From an uncultured bacterium (GTDB lineage: Bacteria; Gemmatimonadota; Gemmatimonadetes; Gemmatimonadales; Gemmatimonadaceae): 17,506 nucleotides of DNA. The notes beneath the pieces are model-generated. The model saw nothing but the letters and a program-made list of their open reading frames with translations. It was not told the DNA's origin and made no database searches. The stretch is taken from assembly GCA_963978095.1 (NCBI GenBank), contig CAXBQP010000057.1, forward strand, positions 1 through 17,506. Reading direction: 5' to 3'. The translations under genes were made by a program, and so were the position numbers. Position 1 is the stretch's first letter, and every line of letters begins with the position of its first letter. This document shows, one piece after another, positions 1 to 8,034 of this stretch.

Positions 1-384
1 GAGCGGTCCATCGACGTAGAAGGTCTCGTTCGGGAACTCGCGACGTCCCCGACTCGCGTAGGTGAACAGCGTTCCGATGCCGCCTTCGATGTCGACCCAA
101 CTATCCTGACGCGTGGCGCCCGTGGCGGTCGAGAGCGCGTAGAACGTCTCCTTGTGCGCCAGCAAGTGTTGCGCAAGCGCCTTCAACATGCGCGCGCGCT
201 CGTGGAACGTCATGCGGCGCAGAGCGGGGCCACCGACGGTCCGGGCGTGCTCCGCCATCAGGCGGAAGTCGAGCCCTCCGCTCGAGGCCTCGCCGATCAC
301 CGCACCCGTCACCGCGTGAATGAGCGAGGTGCCGCTGCCTGTCCCGGTCACCCACTGGTCGAGCGCGTAGTTCTGCAGTCGCAT
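1..384 (-). CDS. paaZ: PaaZ, oxepin-CoA hydrolase / 3-oxo-5,6-dehydrosuberyl-CoA semialdehyde dehydrogenase (N-terminal ALDH portion, truncated by window edge)
   Basis: Not in the ORF track. Translated by hand from ATG at 384: MRLQNYALDQWVTGTGSGTSLIHAVTGAVIGEASSGGLDF...GGPALRRMTFHERARMLKALA...TGATRQDSWVDIEGGIGTLFTYAS, the characteristic PaaZ/PaaN N-terminus. The frame is open to position 1 and lies 12 bp after the paaY stop. The C-terminal MaoC domain is not visible. Confidence 0.9.
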   Translation of the reverse strand, partial: MRLQNYALDQWVTGTGSGTSLIHAVTGAVIGEASSGGLDFRLMAEHARTVGGPALRRMTFHERARMLKALAQHLLAHKETFYALSTATGATRQDSWVDIEGGIGTLFTYASRGRREFPNETFYVDGPL

Positions 385-396
385 CGGAGTCGTGTC

Positions 397-996
397 CTAT
401 TGGGTGTTCTTGGTCTCGTCCCAGCTCTTGAGCATCGCCGATTGTGTGGGGCGATCGGCGGGGAGCTCCCGGAGGGGGTCGACCTCGCGCCAGGTGGCAT
501 GCATGGCTGACGGGAGGCGTTGATACAGCGCCGTTCCCTCGGTTTTCCACGCGAGCATCTCGTCGCTGACGTCTTTCACGATCTTGGCCGGATTCCCCAC
601 GACCACGGACCGCGGCGGTACCTGCATGTTGGCCGGGACGAAACAAAGCGCCCCCACGATGCTGCCCGAGCCGATCACGGCATTGTCCATGACGACGGCG
701 TTCATCCCGATCAGCGCATTGGCGCCGACGCGCGCCCCATGCACGATCGCGCCGTGCCCGATATGCGCGCCGGTTTCGAGCACGACGGTGACGCCGGGAA
801 ACATGTGGATGGTACAGTTCTCCTGCACATTGCACCCATCTTCGATCACGATGCCGCCCCAGTCGCCGCGAATCGCCGCGCCCGGTCCGACATACACGTC
901 GCGCCCGATGATCACGTTGCCGGTCACGGTTGCCTGGGGATGCACGAACGCACGCTCGTGCACCACCGGGATGAATCCCTCGAAGGCGCAGATCAT
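397..996 (-). CDS. paaY: PaaY-like gamma-carbonic anhydrase / hexapeptide-repeat family protein (199 aa)
   Basis: Left-handed beta-helix hexapeptide repeats, an IRGD motif, and the metal-binding His pattern NCTIH...HIGHGAIVHG. Start placed at ATG 996 (MICAFEG...), which overlaps the paaJ stop (TGATG). paa context. Confidence 0.88.
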   Translation of the reverse strand: MICAFEGFIPVVHERAFVHPQATVTGNVIIGRDVYVGPGAAIRGDWGGIVIEDGCNVQENCTIHMFPGVTVVLETGAHIGHGAIVHGARVGANALIGMNAVVMDNAVIGSGSIVGALCFVPANMQVPPRSVVVGNPAKIVKDVSDEMLAWKTEGTALYQRLPSAMHATWREVDPLRELPADRPTQSAMLKSWDETKNTQ

Positions 997-2207
997 CAGA
1001 CGCGCTCGAGGATCATCGCGAAGCCCTGGCCGACGCCGATGCACATCGTGCACAGCGCATAGCGGGCGTTCCGCGCGTGCAACTCGTGCATCGCGGTCAG
1101 TGCGAGGCGGGCACCGCTCATGCCGAGCGGATGACCCAGCGCGATGGCACCGCCATTGGGATTCACGCGGGGATCGTCGTCGGCCACGCCGAGTTCCCGG
1201 AGGCAGGCGAGCCCTTGCGCCGCGAAGGCTTCGTTCAGTTCGATGACGTCGATCTGGTCGAGCGTCACGCCGGCGCGCGCGAGTGCCAGCCGCGTCGCGG
1301 GCACCGGGCCCATGCCCATGATGCGTGCTTCGACGCCGGCGGCGGCGCTCGCGACGATGCGGGCCCGCGCCGTGAGACCGTGCGACCGCACGGCCGTGGC
1401 CGATGCCACGAGGAGCGCCGCCGATCCGTCGTTGAGACCTGAGCTGTTGCCTGCGGTCACCGAGCCGAGTCCGTCGGTGCGAAAGGCGGGCTTGAGCTTG
1501 GCGAGGGTGTCGAGCGTGGTGTCGGGGCGCAGGAACTCATCCTGCGTGACGCGCTTGGGCTCCCCCTTCTTCTGCGGGATCTCCACGGGAGCGATCTCGA
1601 TCGCGTGTCGGCCACGAGCGCGCGCGGCGGCGGCGTTCTGCTGGGAGCGGCACGCGAACGCGTCCTGATCCGCGCGTGTCACCCCATACCGCGCCGCCAC
1701 GTGCTCAGCGGTCTCCCCCATGGAATCGGTGCCGTGAGCGGCTTTCATCTTCGGATTCACGAAACGCCATCCGAGACTCGTATCGAAGAGTTGCACATCA
1801 CGTGCGAACGGGGTCGCACCCTTGCTGAGCACGAACGGGGCACGCGTCATGCTCTCGACTCCCCCAGCGATGAAGAGATCCCCTTCCCCGGACTTGATGC
1901 TGCGGGCGGCACTGGCGACCGCGCTGAGTCCGGAGGCGCAGAGGCGGTTGACGGTTTCGCCGGGCACCGTCACCGGCAGGCCGGCGAGCAGGAGCGACAT
2001 GCGCGCGACATTGCGGTTGTCCTCGCCGGCTTGGTTGGCGCAACCCATGATCACGTCGGTGATCGCGGACGGGTCGAGTGACGGGTGTCGCGCCAGCAGC
2101 GCGCGGATCGCGTGTGCGCCGAGGTCGTCGGCACGGACCTCGGCGAGCGCGCCCCCGAGGTTGCCGATGGGCGAGCGGATACCGTCGATCAGGAAGGCGT
2201 CGGTCAT
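996..2207 (-). CDS. paaJ: 3-oxoadipyl-CoA / 3-oxo-5,6-dehydrosuberyl-CoA thiolase (PaaJ/PcaF)
   Basis: Thiolase motifs GCANQAGEDNRNVARM, TVNRLCASG (catalytic Cys), ELNEAFA, GHPLG and MCIGVGQG. 403 aa. ATGA overlap with the paaI stop. Confidence 0.95.
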   Translation of the reverse strand: MTDAFLIDGIRSPIGNLGGALAEVRADDLGAHAIRALLARHPSLDPSAITDVIMGCANQAGEDNRNVARMSLLLAGLPVTVPGETVNRLCASGLSAVASAARSIKSGEGDLFIAGGVESMTRAPFVLSKGATPFARDVQLFDTSLGWRFVNPKMKAAHGTDSMGETAEHVAARYGVTRADQDAFACRSQQNAAAARARGRHAIEIAPVEIPQKKGEPKRVTQDEFLRPDTTLDTLAKLKPAFRTDGLGSVTAGNSSGLNDGSAALLVASATAVRSHGLTARARIVASAAAGVEARIMGMGPVPATRLALARAGVTLDQIDVIELNEAFAAQGLACLRELGVADDDPRVNPNGGAIALGHPLGMSGARLALTAMHELHARNARYALCTMCIGVGQGFAMILERV

Positions 2208-2635
2208 GTGGAGGCGTCCGAGGGGAAATGCGCGCGGCTTGTACGGTAGACGGTGCCGCGAAAGTGTCCGACCATCACGTCACGCTGGTTGCGCACCGTG
2301 ACGTGACAGAATCCCAGTTTATTGGTGACCGAGTCCTGTTCGGCGACGGCGGTGAGCACGTCGCCCACGTGCACGGCGACCGGAAAGGAGATGCTGGCAT
2401 CGATGGCGACCGAGAGCGTGCCGGCGGCGTTCGTCGCGAAGGCGAACGCCGAATCGGCAAAGGAAAAGACGATTCCCCCGTGCGAGGTGCCGAACCCGTT
2501 CAGCATGTCTGGGCGGACGGTCATGCGGATCCGGCTGTACCCGACGCGCGCATCGAGCACCTCGACGCCGAGCCACTGCGAGAAGGCGTCGCGCGCCATG
2601 AGGGTAGCGATGACCTGCTCGGGCGCCTGACTCAC
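2204..2635 (-). CDS. paaI: Hydroxyphenylacetyl-CoA thioesterase PaaI (hotdog fold, 143 aa)
   Basis: DAFSQWLG and MLNGFGTSHGGIVFSFADSAFAFATN signature. Start placed at GTG 2635 (GTGA overlap with the paaH stop), not the track's 2767. Confidence 0.92.
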   Translation of the reverse strand: MSQAPEQVIATLMARDAFSQWLGVEVLDARVGYSRIRMTVRPDMLNGFGTSHGGIVFSFADSAFAFATNAAGTLSVAIDASISFPVAVHVGDVLTAVAEQDSVTNKLGFCHVTVRNQRDVMVGHFRGTVYRTSRAHFPSDAST

Positions 2636-3816
2636 GCGAGGAGGCTCCCCCCCGCCGCCGCGACGCGGCGCAGGAACGGACTCGGACGGTACCGATCCTC
2701 GCCGTATTCCGCGTGCAGCGCCTCCAGGCGTGCGAGCACCTCCTTCGGTCCGATCTCGTCGCCCCACTGGAGCAGCCCCTTGGGATAGTTCACCCCTTTG
2801 GTCATCGCGGTTTCGATGTCGTCGGCGGATGCGATGTTCCAGAGTCGCGCGTCGGCGGCCTCATTGATCAGCATGGCGAGCACGCGGTCGACGATCGCGT
2901 GGCCGCGAACCGGGTCGCGCGTTGGCTCCGTGGCGGCGGCACCGGGGCGATGATCGTAGTAGCCCTGCCCGGCCTTTCGGCCGAGGAGACCGGCTTCGAC
3001 CAGGCGTCGCTGCGTGAGCGCGGGCTTGTAGCGCGGATCGAAGAACATGGCTTCGAACACCGAACTGGTGACCGCGAAGTTCACATCGTTGCCGATGAAG
3101 TCCATGAGCGCGAACGGACCCATCTTGAACCCCGCCAGTTCGGTGAGCGCCCAGTCGATGGTCGCGCAGTCGCCGAATCCTTCTTCGAGCAGCCGCAGCG
3201 ACTCGCCGTAGTAGGGACGCGCGATGCGATTGACGATGAACCCCGGGGTGTCCGTGGCCAAGACGGTGGTTTTCCCCCACCGATCCACCAGCAATCGGAC
3301 GGCGGCGCTGACCAAGGGTGAGGTGGCAATCGACGGGATGATCTCGACCAGCGGCATCACCGGCGCGGGATTGAAAAAGTGGATCCCGACCACGCGCTCC
3401 GGATGCGTGCGGCCGCCCCCGATGGCGGCGACGGAGAGCGACGAGGTGTTGGTCGCCAGAACCGCATCGGGAGACACGACCGATTCGAGCGCGGCAAAGA
3501 GCGTCTGTTTGGCCTCGAGCCGCTCGACGATCGCCTCGATCACCAATCCGCAGGGGGCGAAACGGGCCATCTGTTCGGGGCCGGTTCCGTCCACGTAGGT
3601 GATGCGCGCGAGGGCGTCATCGGCGTCGCGGCGCGAGAGACGGTTCTTCTCGACCTCCCGGTCGAGGGCTTTCTGGTGCCCGGTCTTGGCACGGGCGACA
3701 GCCCCCGCCGCGCTGTCCGCGAGGATGACGTGGTGGCCGCGGGTCGCGGCGACTTGCGCGATGCCGGCGCCCATGGCCCCGGCGCCTACGACTCCCACTA
3801 TGGTATCGGCGAGCAC
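2632..3816 (-). CDS. paaH: 3-hydroxyadipyl-CoA / 3-hydroxyacyl-CoA dehydrogenase PaaH (394 aa)
   Basis: Rossmann motif GAGAMGAGIA, plus VIEAIVE, ATNTSS, GIHFFNP and DTPGFIVNR. A second C-terminal dimerisation-like repeat follows (LINEAAD...DIETAMTKGVNYPKG). Confidence 0.92.
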   Translation of the reverse strand: MLADTIVGVVGAGAMGAGIAQVAATRGHHVILADSAAGAVARAKTGHQKALDREVEKNRLSRRDADDALARITYVDGTGPEQMARFAPCGLVIEAIVERLEAKQTLFAALESVVSPDAVLATNTSSLSVAAIGGGRTHPERVVGIHFFNPAPVMPLVEIIPSIATSPLVSAAVRLLVDRWGKTTVLATDTPGFIVNRIARPYYGESLRLLEEGFGDCATIDWALTELAGFKMGPFALMDFIGNDVNFAVTSSVFEAMFFDPRYKPALTQRRLVEAGLLGRKAGQGYYDHRPGAAATEPTRDPVRGHAIVDRVLAMLINEAADARLWNIASADDIETAMTKGVNYPKGLLQWGDEIGPKEVLARLEALHAEYGEDRYRPSPFLRRVAAAGGSLLA

Positions 3817-3818
3817 GG

Positions 3819-4610
3819 TCAGCGTCCTGTGTATACGGGTCGGCGTTTTTCGAGGAAAGCGCGAACACCCTCGGCGTAGTCGGTGGTCTGGCCGGCCTCG
3901 CGCATCATCCGTTCTTCAAAGTCGAGTTGGGCGTCGAGGGTCGCGCCGAGGGAGTGGTTGAGTGCGCGTTTCGTGAGCCCGAATCCCCGAGTGGCTTGGG
4001 TCGCGAGCGCGGAGGCGATGGCGAGGGTGCTGTCGTGCAGTACCGCGAGCGGCACGCAGTCCCAGATCAGCCCCCACTCCTTGGCTTTGGGGGCCGGGAG
4101 CTTGTCACCGAGGAAGAAGAGCCCCGTCGCGCGCTGCGTGCCGATGAGCCGGGGAATGAAGAAGGTGCCGCTGGTGTCAGGAATGAGGCCGAGCTTGGCG
4201 AAGGATTCGACGAAGTTCGCCTCGTCGGCGGCGATGGTGATGTCGCAGGCGAAGGCCAGATTCGCCCCAGCGCCGGCGGCCACGCCGTTGACGGCACACA
4301 CGACCGGTTTCTCGAGCGTGCGGATCGCGCGGATGATGGGGTTGTAGCAGGTGCGGACGACGTCGCCGATGTCGGGCATCGGTCCGTCACCTTTCGGGAG
4401 GACCTCCGCCAGATCTTGGCCGGCGCAGAAGCCACGCCCCGCGCCGGTGAGGTGGACCGCGCGGATCTCGGGGTTGCGCGCGGCATCGTCGAGGACGGCG
4501 AGCAGGGCGCGGGCCATCTCCAGGTTGAAGCTATTGAGCACCTCCGGCCGATTCAGCGTGATGCGCACAACGCCCTGGTCGACCACGGCGAGAATACTCT
4601 GTTCGGCCAT
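3819..4610 (-). CDS. paaG: 1,2-epoxyphenylacetyl-CoA isomerase PaaG (crotonase family, 263 aa)
   Basis: TLNRPEVLNSF, GRGFCAGQDL, VNGVAAGAGANLA, GLIPDTSGT (PaaG-type Asp) and DYAEGVRAFLEKR. Start placed at ATG 4610 with GAGAGG upstream. Confidence 0.92.
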   Translation of the reverse strand: MAEQSILAVVDQGVVRITLNRPEVLNSFNLEMARALLAVLDDAARNPEIRAVHLTGAGRGFCAGQDLAEVLPKGDGPMPDIGDVVRTCYNPIIRAIRTLEKPVVCAVNGVAAGAGANLAFACDITIAADEANFVESFAKLGLIPDTSGTFFIPRLIGTQRATGLFFLGDKLPAPKAKEWGLIWDCVPLAVLHDSTLAIASALATQATRGFGLTKRALNHSLGATLDAQLDFEERMMREAGQTTDYAEGVRAFLEKRRPVYTGR

Positions 4611-4794
4611 CCACGCCTCTCGAGTTCGGTGGGGGAAGATCGAGGGAAAGATACCATCCGGGGGGCCCGACTGGCGCGGGGGGGGCAGGTCCTTAACGTA
4701 TTCTGACGAACGTAGTCCCCCAGCTACTAGTCTTAATGCATGGCGCGTGCCCGCATCCGGCACGGCGCCACCCCTCCTCGTCCCGCATCGGCCC
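4611..4794. promoter_or_regulatory. Divergent intergenic region; must hold the promoters for the paa and gsp operons
   Basis: 184 bp between head-to-head starts, with a locally AT-richer core at 4691-4741. Exact promoter boxes cannot be assigned confidently. Confidence 0.6.
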
Positions 4795-5283
4795 ATGATT
4801 CCTGCATCACTTCGTCCTGTTGCCATTCACCGCGCTTCCGGCCGCCAGACCGGCCGTCGGATCGGCCGTCGCGCCGGCTTCACGCTGATCGAAATCCTGG
4901 TCGTAATCGTGGTGATCGCGATTCTGGCGACGCTGGTCGCGCCGAACGTGTTCCAGAACGTCGGCGCCGCGAAGTCCGCCACGGCCAAGTCGCAGATCGA
5001 GATGTTGGGCGCGGCGCTCGACGCCTATCGGCTGGACAACGGCAGCTATCCCACGACCCAGCAGGGTTTGAATGCACTGTGGGAGCGTCCGCAGATCGAC
5101 CCGCCCGCGAACTGGCGGTCTCCGTACCTCCGGAAGGCAGTGCCGTTGGATCCCTGGGGACGTCCGTACGTGTACTTCGCGCCCGGGCAGGCGAATCCCG
5201 GCGGTTTCGACCTGTTGTCCTACGGTGAGGACGGCAAGCCTGGTGGCGACGGGGACAACGCCGACATCCTGAGCTGGAAGTAG
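4795..5283 (+). CDS. gspG: T2SS major pseudopilin GspG (162 aa precursor)
   Basis: Prepilin site RAG|FTLIE, then LDAYRLDNGSYPTTQQGLNAL, W-x-x-PYL, DPWGRPYVY and the Ca-binding loop SYGEDGKPGGDGDNADI. ATG 4795 is the most plausible start but has no clear RBS. Confidence 0.95.
   Translation: MIPASLRPVAIHRASGRQTGRRIGRRAGFTLIEILVVIVVIAILATLVAPNVFQNVGAAKSATAKSQIEMLGAALDAYRLDNGSYPTTQQGLNALWERPQIDPPANWRSPYLRKAVPLDPWGRPYVYFAPGQANPGGFDLLSYGEDGKPGGDGDNADILSWK
4839..4874 (+). repeat. Degenerate 12-bp tandem repeat x3 in the GspG leader (GRQT-GRRI-GRRA)
   Basis: cggccgccagac / cggccgtcggat / cggccgtcgcgc, immediately before the cleavage-site Gly codon. Confidence 0.6.
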
Positions 5284-5293
5284 TGAGCCGCTG

Positions 5294-6496
5294 ATGCCCA
5301 CGTACGCCTACGACGCGGTGAGCAGCGCCGGCAAGCGCCAGCGCGGGCTCGAGTCTGCGGCGAGTACGGGGGCGCTCGCGCGCGCACTCGAGGCGCGTGG
5401 GCTGCTGGTGCTCTCCGTGACGGAATCCGCCGAGTCGGCGACGGCGGGGTCGCGTTTCTCGTTCGGTCGTCGCCGCGAGGTGTTGGAGGTGACGCGCGCG
5501 CTGGCCGCGCTACTCCCTGTGGGGATGCCGTTGTCGCAGGCGCTGCAGGCCGCGATGGGCGTGACCTCCGGCGACGTCCGGGGAGCGTTGCAGGAAGTTC
5601 GCAACAAGGTGCAGCGCGGCGACACCCTGAGCTCGGCGCTGGAGGAGCACCCGACGTACTTCTCGCCCATCTACGTGGGGCTCGTCCGTGCGGGCGAGCG
5701 CAGTGGGGACGTGGACGGCGCGTTCGCGCGTTTGGCGGAGTCGCTGGAACGGGAGGAGGCGCTGCGCGGCCGGGTGCTGTCGGCGGCGATCTATCCGATT
5801 CTTTTGGCCGTGGCGGGGACGGTGGCGATCGTGGTGCTGTTGTTCTTCGTGCTGCCGCAGTTCGTCGGGCTGCTCTCCGGGAGCGGCGCCCGATTGCCGG
5901 CCAGCACGAGCTTCCTGCTGGCGCTCTCGGCGGGCCTGCACCGGTTCTGGCCGGCGCTCGTGCTCATTCCCCTCGGGGTGATGGGGGTGCTCACGTGGGC
6001 GCAGAACACCGACGAGGGGCGCCGCGGGCTTTCCCGTCTGTTGCTGGCACTCCCGCTCGTCGGGACGTTGCGCCGGTACTCGCTCTCCGCGCGATTCGCC
6101 CGCATGGCAGGGGTACTGCTGGGCGGCGGGGCGCCGCTGCTGACCGCGCTCGACGACACGATTGACTCGATTGCGGACCCGATCGCGAAGGATGACGCGA
6201 TCCGGATCCGGACACGCGTGCGCGACGGCAGCTCGCTCCGCGAAGCGGTGGCGGAGAGCACCCTCTTCCCCGCCCTGCTCGCTCAACTGATCGGCGTGGG
6301 CGAGGAGGCGGGGCAACTCCGGACGTTCCTGATGAAAGCCGCGGACATCTTCGAGGAGCGTACCGAGCGCGCGACCCAGCGGATCGCGACGCTCGCCGAG
6401 CCGGCGATGATCATCGTGTTCGGAGCGATCGTCGCATTCGTGGCCCTGTCGCTCCTGCAGGCGATCTACGGCATCAACGCCAACTCCTTCAAGTGA
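5294..6496 (+). CDS. gspF: T2SS inner-membrane platform protein GspF (PilC family)
   Basis: MPTYAYDA N-terminus, VRAGERSG, AIYP + TM segment, VGEEAGQL and EPAMII + TM segment. 400 aa. Confidence 0.95.
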   Translation: MPTYAYDAVSSAGKRQRGLESAASTGALARALEARGLLVLSVTESAESATAGSRFSFGRRREVLEVTRALAALLPVGMPLSQALQAAMGVTSGDVRGALQEVRNKVQRGDTLSSALEEHPTYFSPIYVGLVRAGERSGDVDGAFARLAESLEREEALRGRVLSAAIYPILLAVAGTVAIVVLLFFVLPQFVGLLSGSGARLPASTSFLLALSAGLHRFWPALVLIPLGVMGVLTWAQNTDEGRRGLSRLLLALPLVGTLRRYSLSARFARMAGVLLGGGAPLLTALDDTIDSIADPIAKDDAIRIRTRVRDGSSLREAVAESTLFPALLAQLIGVGEEAGQLRTFLMKAADIFEERTERATQRIATLAEPAMIIVFGAIVAFVALSLLQAIYGINANSFK

Positions 6497-6942
6497 TGGC
6501 GACGCGTCGCGCCGGCTTCACCCTGCTCGAAATGGCCATCGTGCTGGCCGTGATGGCGATCGCGTCCTTGCTGGTGGCGCCGGCGCTCGCGCGGTTCGGA
6601 ACGGAGTCGCCACCGCGCAGTGAGGACCGACTGTTGACGCTGCTCGCGGACGCGCGAAAGGCCGCCATTACGCACGGCGCGCAGGTGACGCTCCGACTGG
6701 ACCCGACGAGCGGCGCGTATCGGGCGGATACGACCACGACCATGGGGACCGGCGTGCTCGGAGAGGGGGTGCTCGATCTGGCCATGGAAGAGCGGCTGGT
6801 GACGCCGCTGCCACGCCTGACGTTCGTGTTCAAGCCCACGGGCGCGGCGTTCGCCGACACCGTGGTGGTGCGCGGCACGACCTCGTCGGTGCTCGTGGGT
6901 GTGGACCCCTGGAGCGGAGTGGCGTATGCCGCGGCGCGCTAG
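6496..6942 (+). CDS. gspH: T2SS minor pseudopilin, GspH/FimT-like
   Basis: RRAG|FTLLE, ARKAAITHG and F-x-P-x-G (FKPTG) motifs. ATG 6496 overlaps the gspF stop; GTG 6493 is an alternative start. Confidence 0.8.
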   Translation: MATRRAGFTLLEMAIVLAVMAIASLLVAPALARFGTESPPRSEDRLLTLLADARKAAITHGAQVTLRLDPTSGAYRADTTTTMGTGVLGEGVLDLAMEERLVTPLPRLTFVFKPTGAAFADTVVVRGTTSSVLVGVDPWSGVAYAAAR

Positions 6943-7336
6943 ACGGGGGATTTCGCTGTTCGAGGCCGTCGCCGGTCTGACGATCGTCGGGATGGTCGCG
7001 GCGAGCGCCATGGCCGCCACGGCGCGGGAAATGCGCACCGCGGCGCGGGCGAGGCGTGCGCTCGAGGTGGAAGCGTTGGCGACCTCACGGCTCGACTGGA
7101 TGGCATTGACCACGGATGTGCAGCTGCAATCGCTGCCGGATTCGATCGCGCGAGGCACATTTCCGGACCCGCTCGCTGAGTACAGCTGGCGCACGACCGT
7201 GGAGCCGGTGGCGCAGGAATCGGGGCTGTACGATGTTGCCGTGAGCATCCGGTGGAAGGACGGCGACAAGGACGCGACGTACGACCTCCGCTCCCGACTG
7301 TATCGCCGTCCGGTCGTGACGGCGCGAGGCCGGTGA
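6926..7336 (+). CDS. gspI: T2SS minor pseudopilin, GspI-like (136 aa)
   Basis: RRG|ISLFE prepilin site and the GTF...YSWRTTV...YDVAVSIRW pattern. ATG 6926 has GGAG upstream. Lies between the H and J genes. Confidence 0.78.
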   Translation: MPRRARRGISLFEAVAGLTIVGMVAASAMAATAREMRTAARARRALEVEALATSRLDWMALTTDVQLQSLPDSIARGTFPDPLAEYSWRTTVEPVAQESGLYDVAVSIRWKDGDKDATYDLRSRLYRRPVVTARGR

Positions 7337-8034
7337 TGCACGCACGGCCGACCCCTGCCCGACGCGCACGCCGTGGCGCGACCTTGCTCGAGCTGATCAT
7401 CGCGCTCGTCGTGACCGGGGCGATGGCCTCGATCGGGGCCAACGCGTTCTCCACGATCATCGATCATCGCCGGATCATTCGAGAAAGCGCGATCGACATG
7501 GAACGCGCGGCGGCACTGCGCGAGATGATCCGGGGGTGGCTCGTGTCGGGGACCATCCAGATCCAGCAGGGCGGCCTGCCGCGCGCCCGCGGTGGGGCGT
7601 CGTCCCTCGTGTCGGCCTCGGCCCTGGGGGCGGGCGGCAGCGGCAGTGGGCTGACCGCCGTGAGTGCGGCCGCCTCGACCGGCGAGGAAGTCACCGTCGT
7701 GACGACCGCCGCGACACCAGCCATGAGTCCGAATGTTCGCATCCGGCTGTTCGTGGACGCCGACGCGAGCACGCCGGAAACCGGACTCTCGATGGAATAT
7801 CAGCCGAGTGATGCCGGAACGCAGATTCCATTGCAGCGCCGAGAGCTCGAGCCCATGATCGGCGGCATGCTGGTGGAGTTCCTGGACCAGCGGACCACCC
7901 GGTGGTACAAAGCCTCGGAAGCGACGACCATCACGCCGATCGCGGTCCGCATCACGCTGCAGCCGACCGACAAGGGGACGCTGCCCGGCATCCTGCAGGT
8001 CCCGATCGTGCTCAGCATGCGGACGGGGCAATGA
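7336..8034 (+). CDS. gspJ: T2SS minor pseudopilin, GspJ-like (232 aa)
   Basis: RRG|ATLLE prepilin site and C-terminal W...PIAVRITL pattern. TGATG coupling to gspI. Confidence 0.75.
   Translation: MHARPTPARRARRGATLLELIIALVVTGAMASIGANAFSTIIDHRRIIRESAIDMERAAALREMIRGWLVSGTIQIQQGGLPRARGGASSLVSASALGAGGSGSGLTAVSAAASTGEEVTVVTTAATPAMSPNVRIRLFVDADASTPETGLSMEYQPSDAGTQIPLQRRELEPMIGGMLVEFLDQRTTRWYKASEATTITPIAVRITLQPTDKGTLPGILQVPIVLSMRTGQ

Noticed and set aside
101..835. 244-aa minus-strand ORF in the track
   Set aside because: Alternative frame across paaY and paaZ. The real paaZ frame starts at 384.
4741..4755. Sigma-54-like TGGCGC...GCA upstream of gspG
   Set aside because: The GG-to-GC spacing is 9 nt rather than the required 10, and there is no TTGC.
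4351..4826. Extended N-termini of gspG (from 4351) and paaG (from 4826) implying overlapping divergent genes
   Set aside because: The extensions show no homology. Starts at 4795 and 4610 give normal-length proteins and a normal intergenic region.
6466..8031. 521-aa antisense ORF across gspH-I-J
   Set aside because: Low-complexity Arg-rich translation. The plus-strand genes have clear prepilin motifs and coupling.
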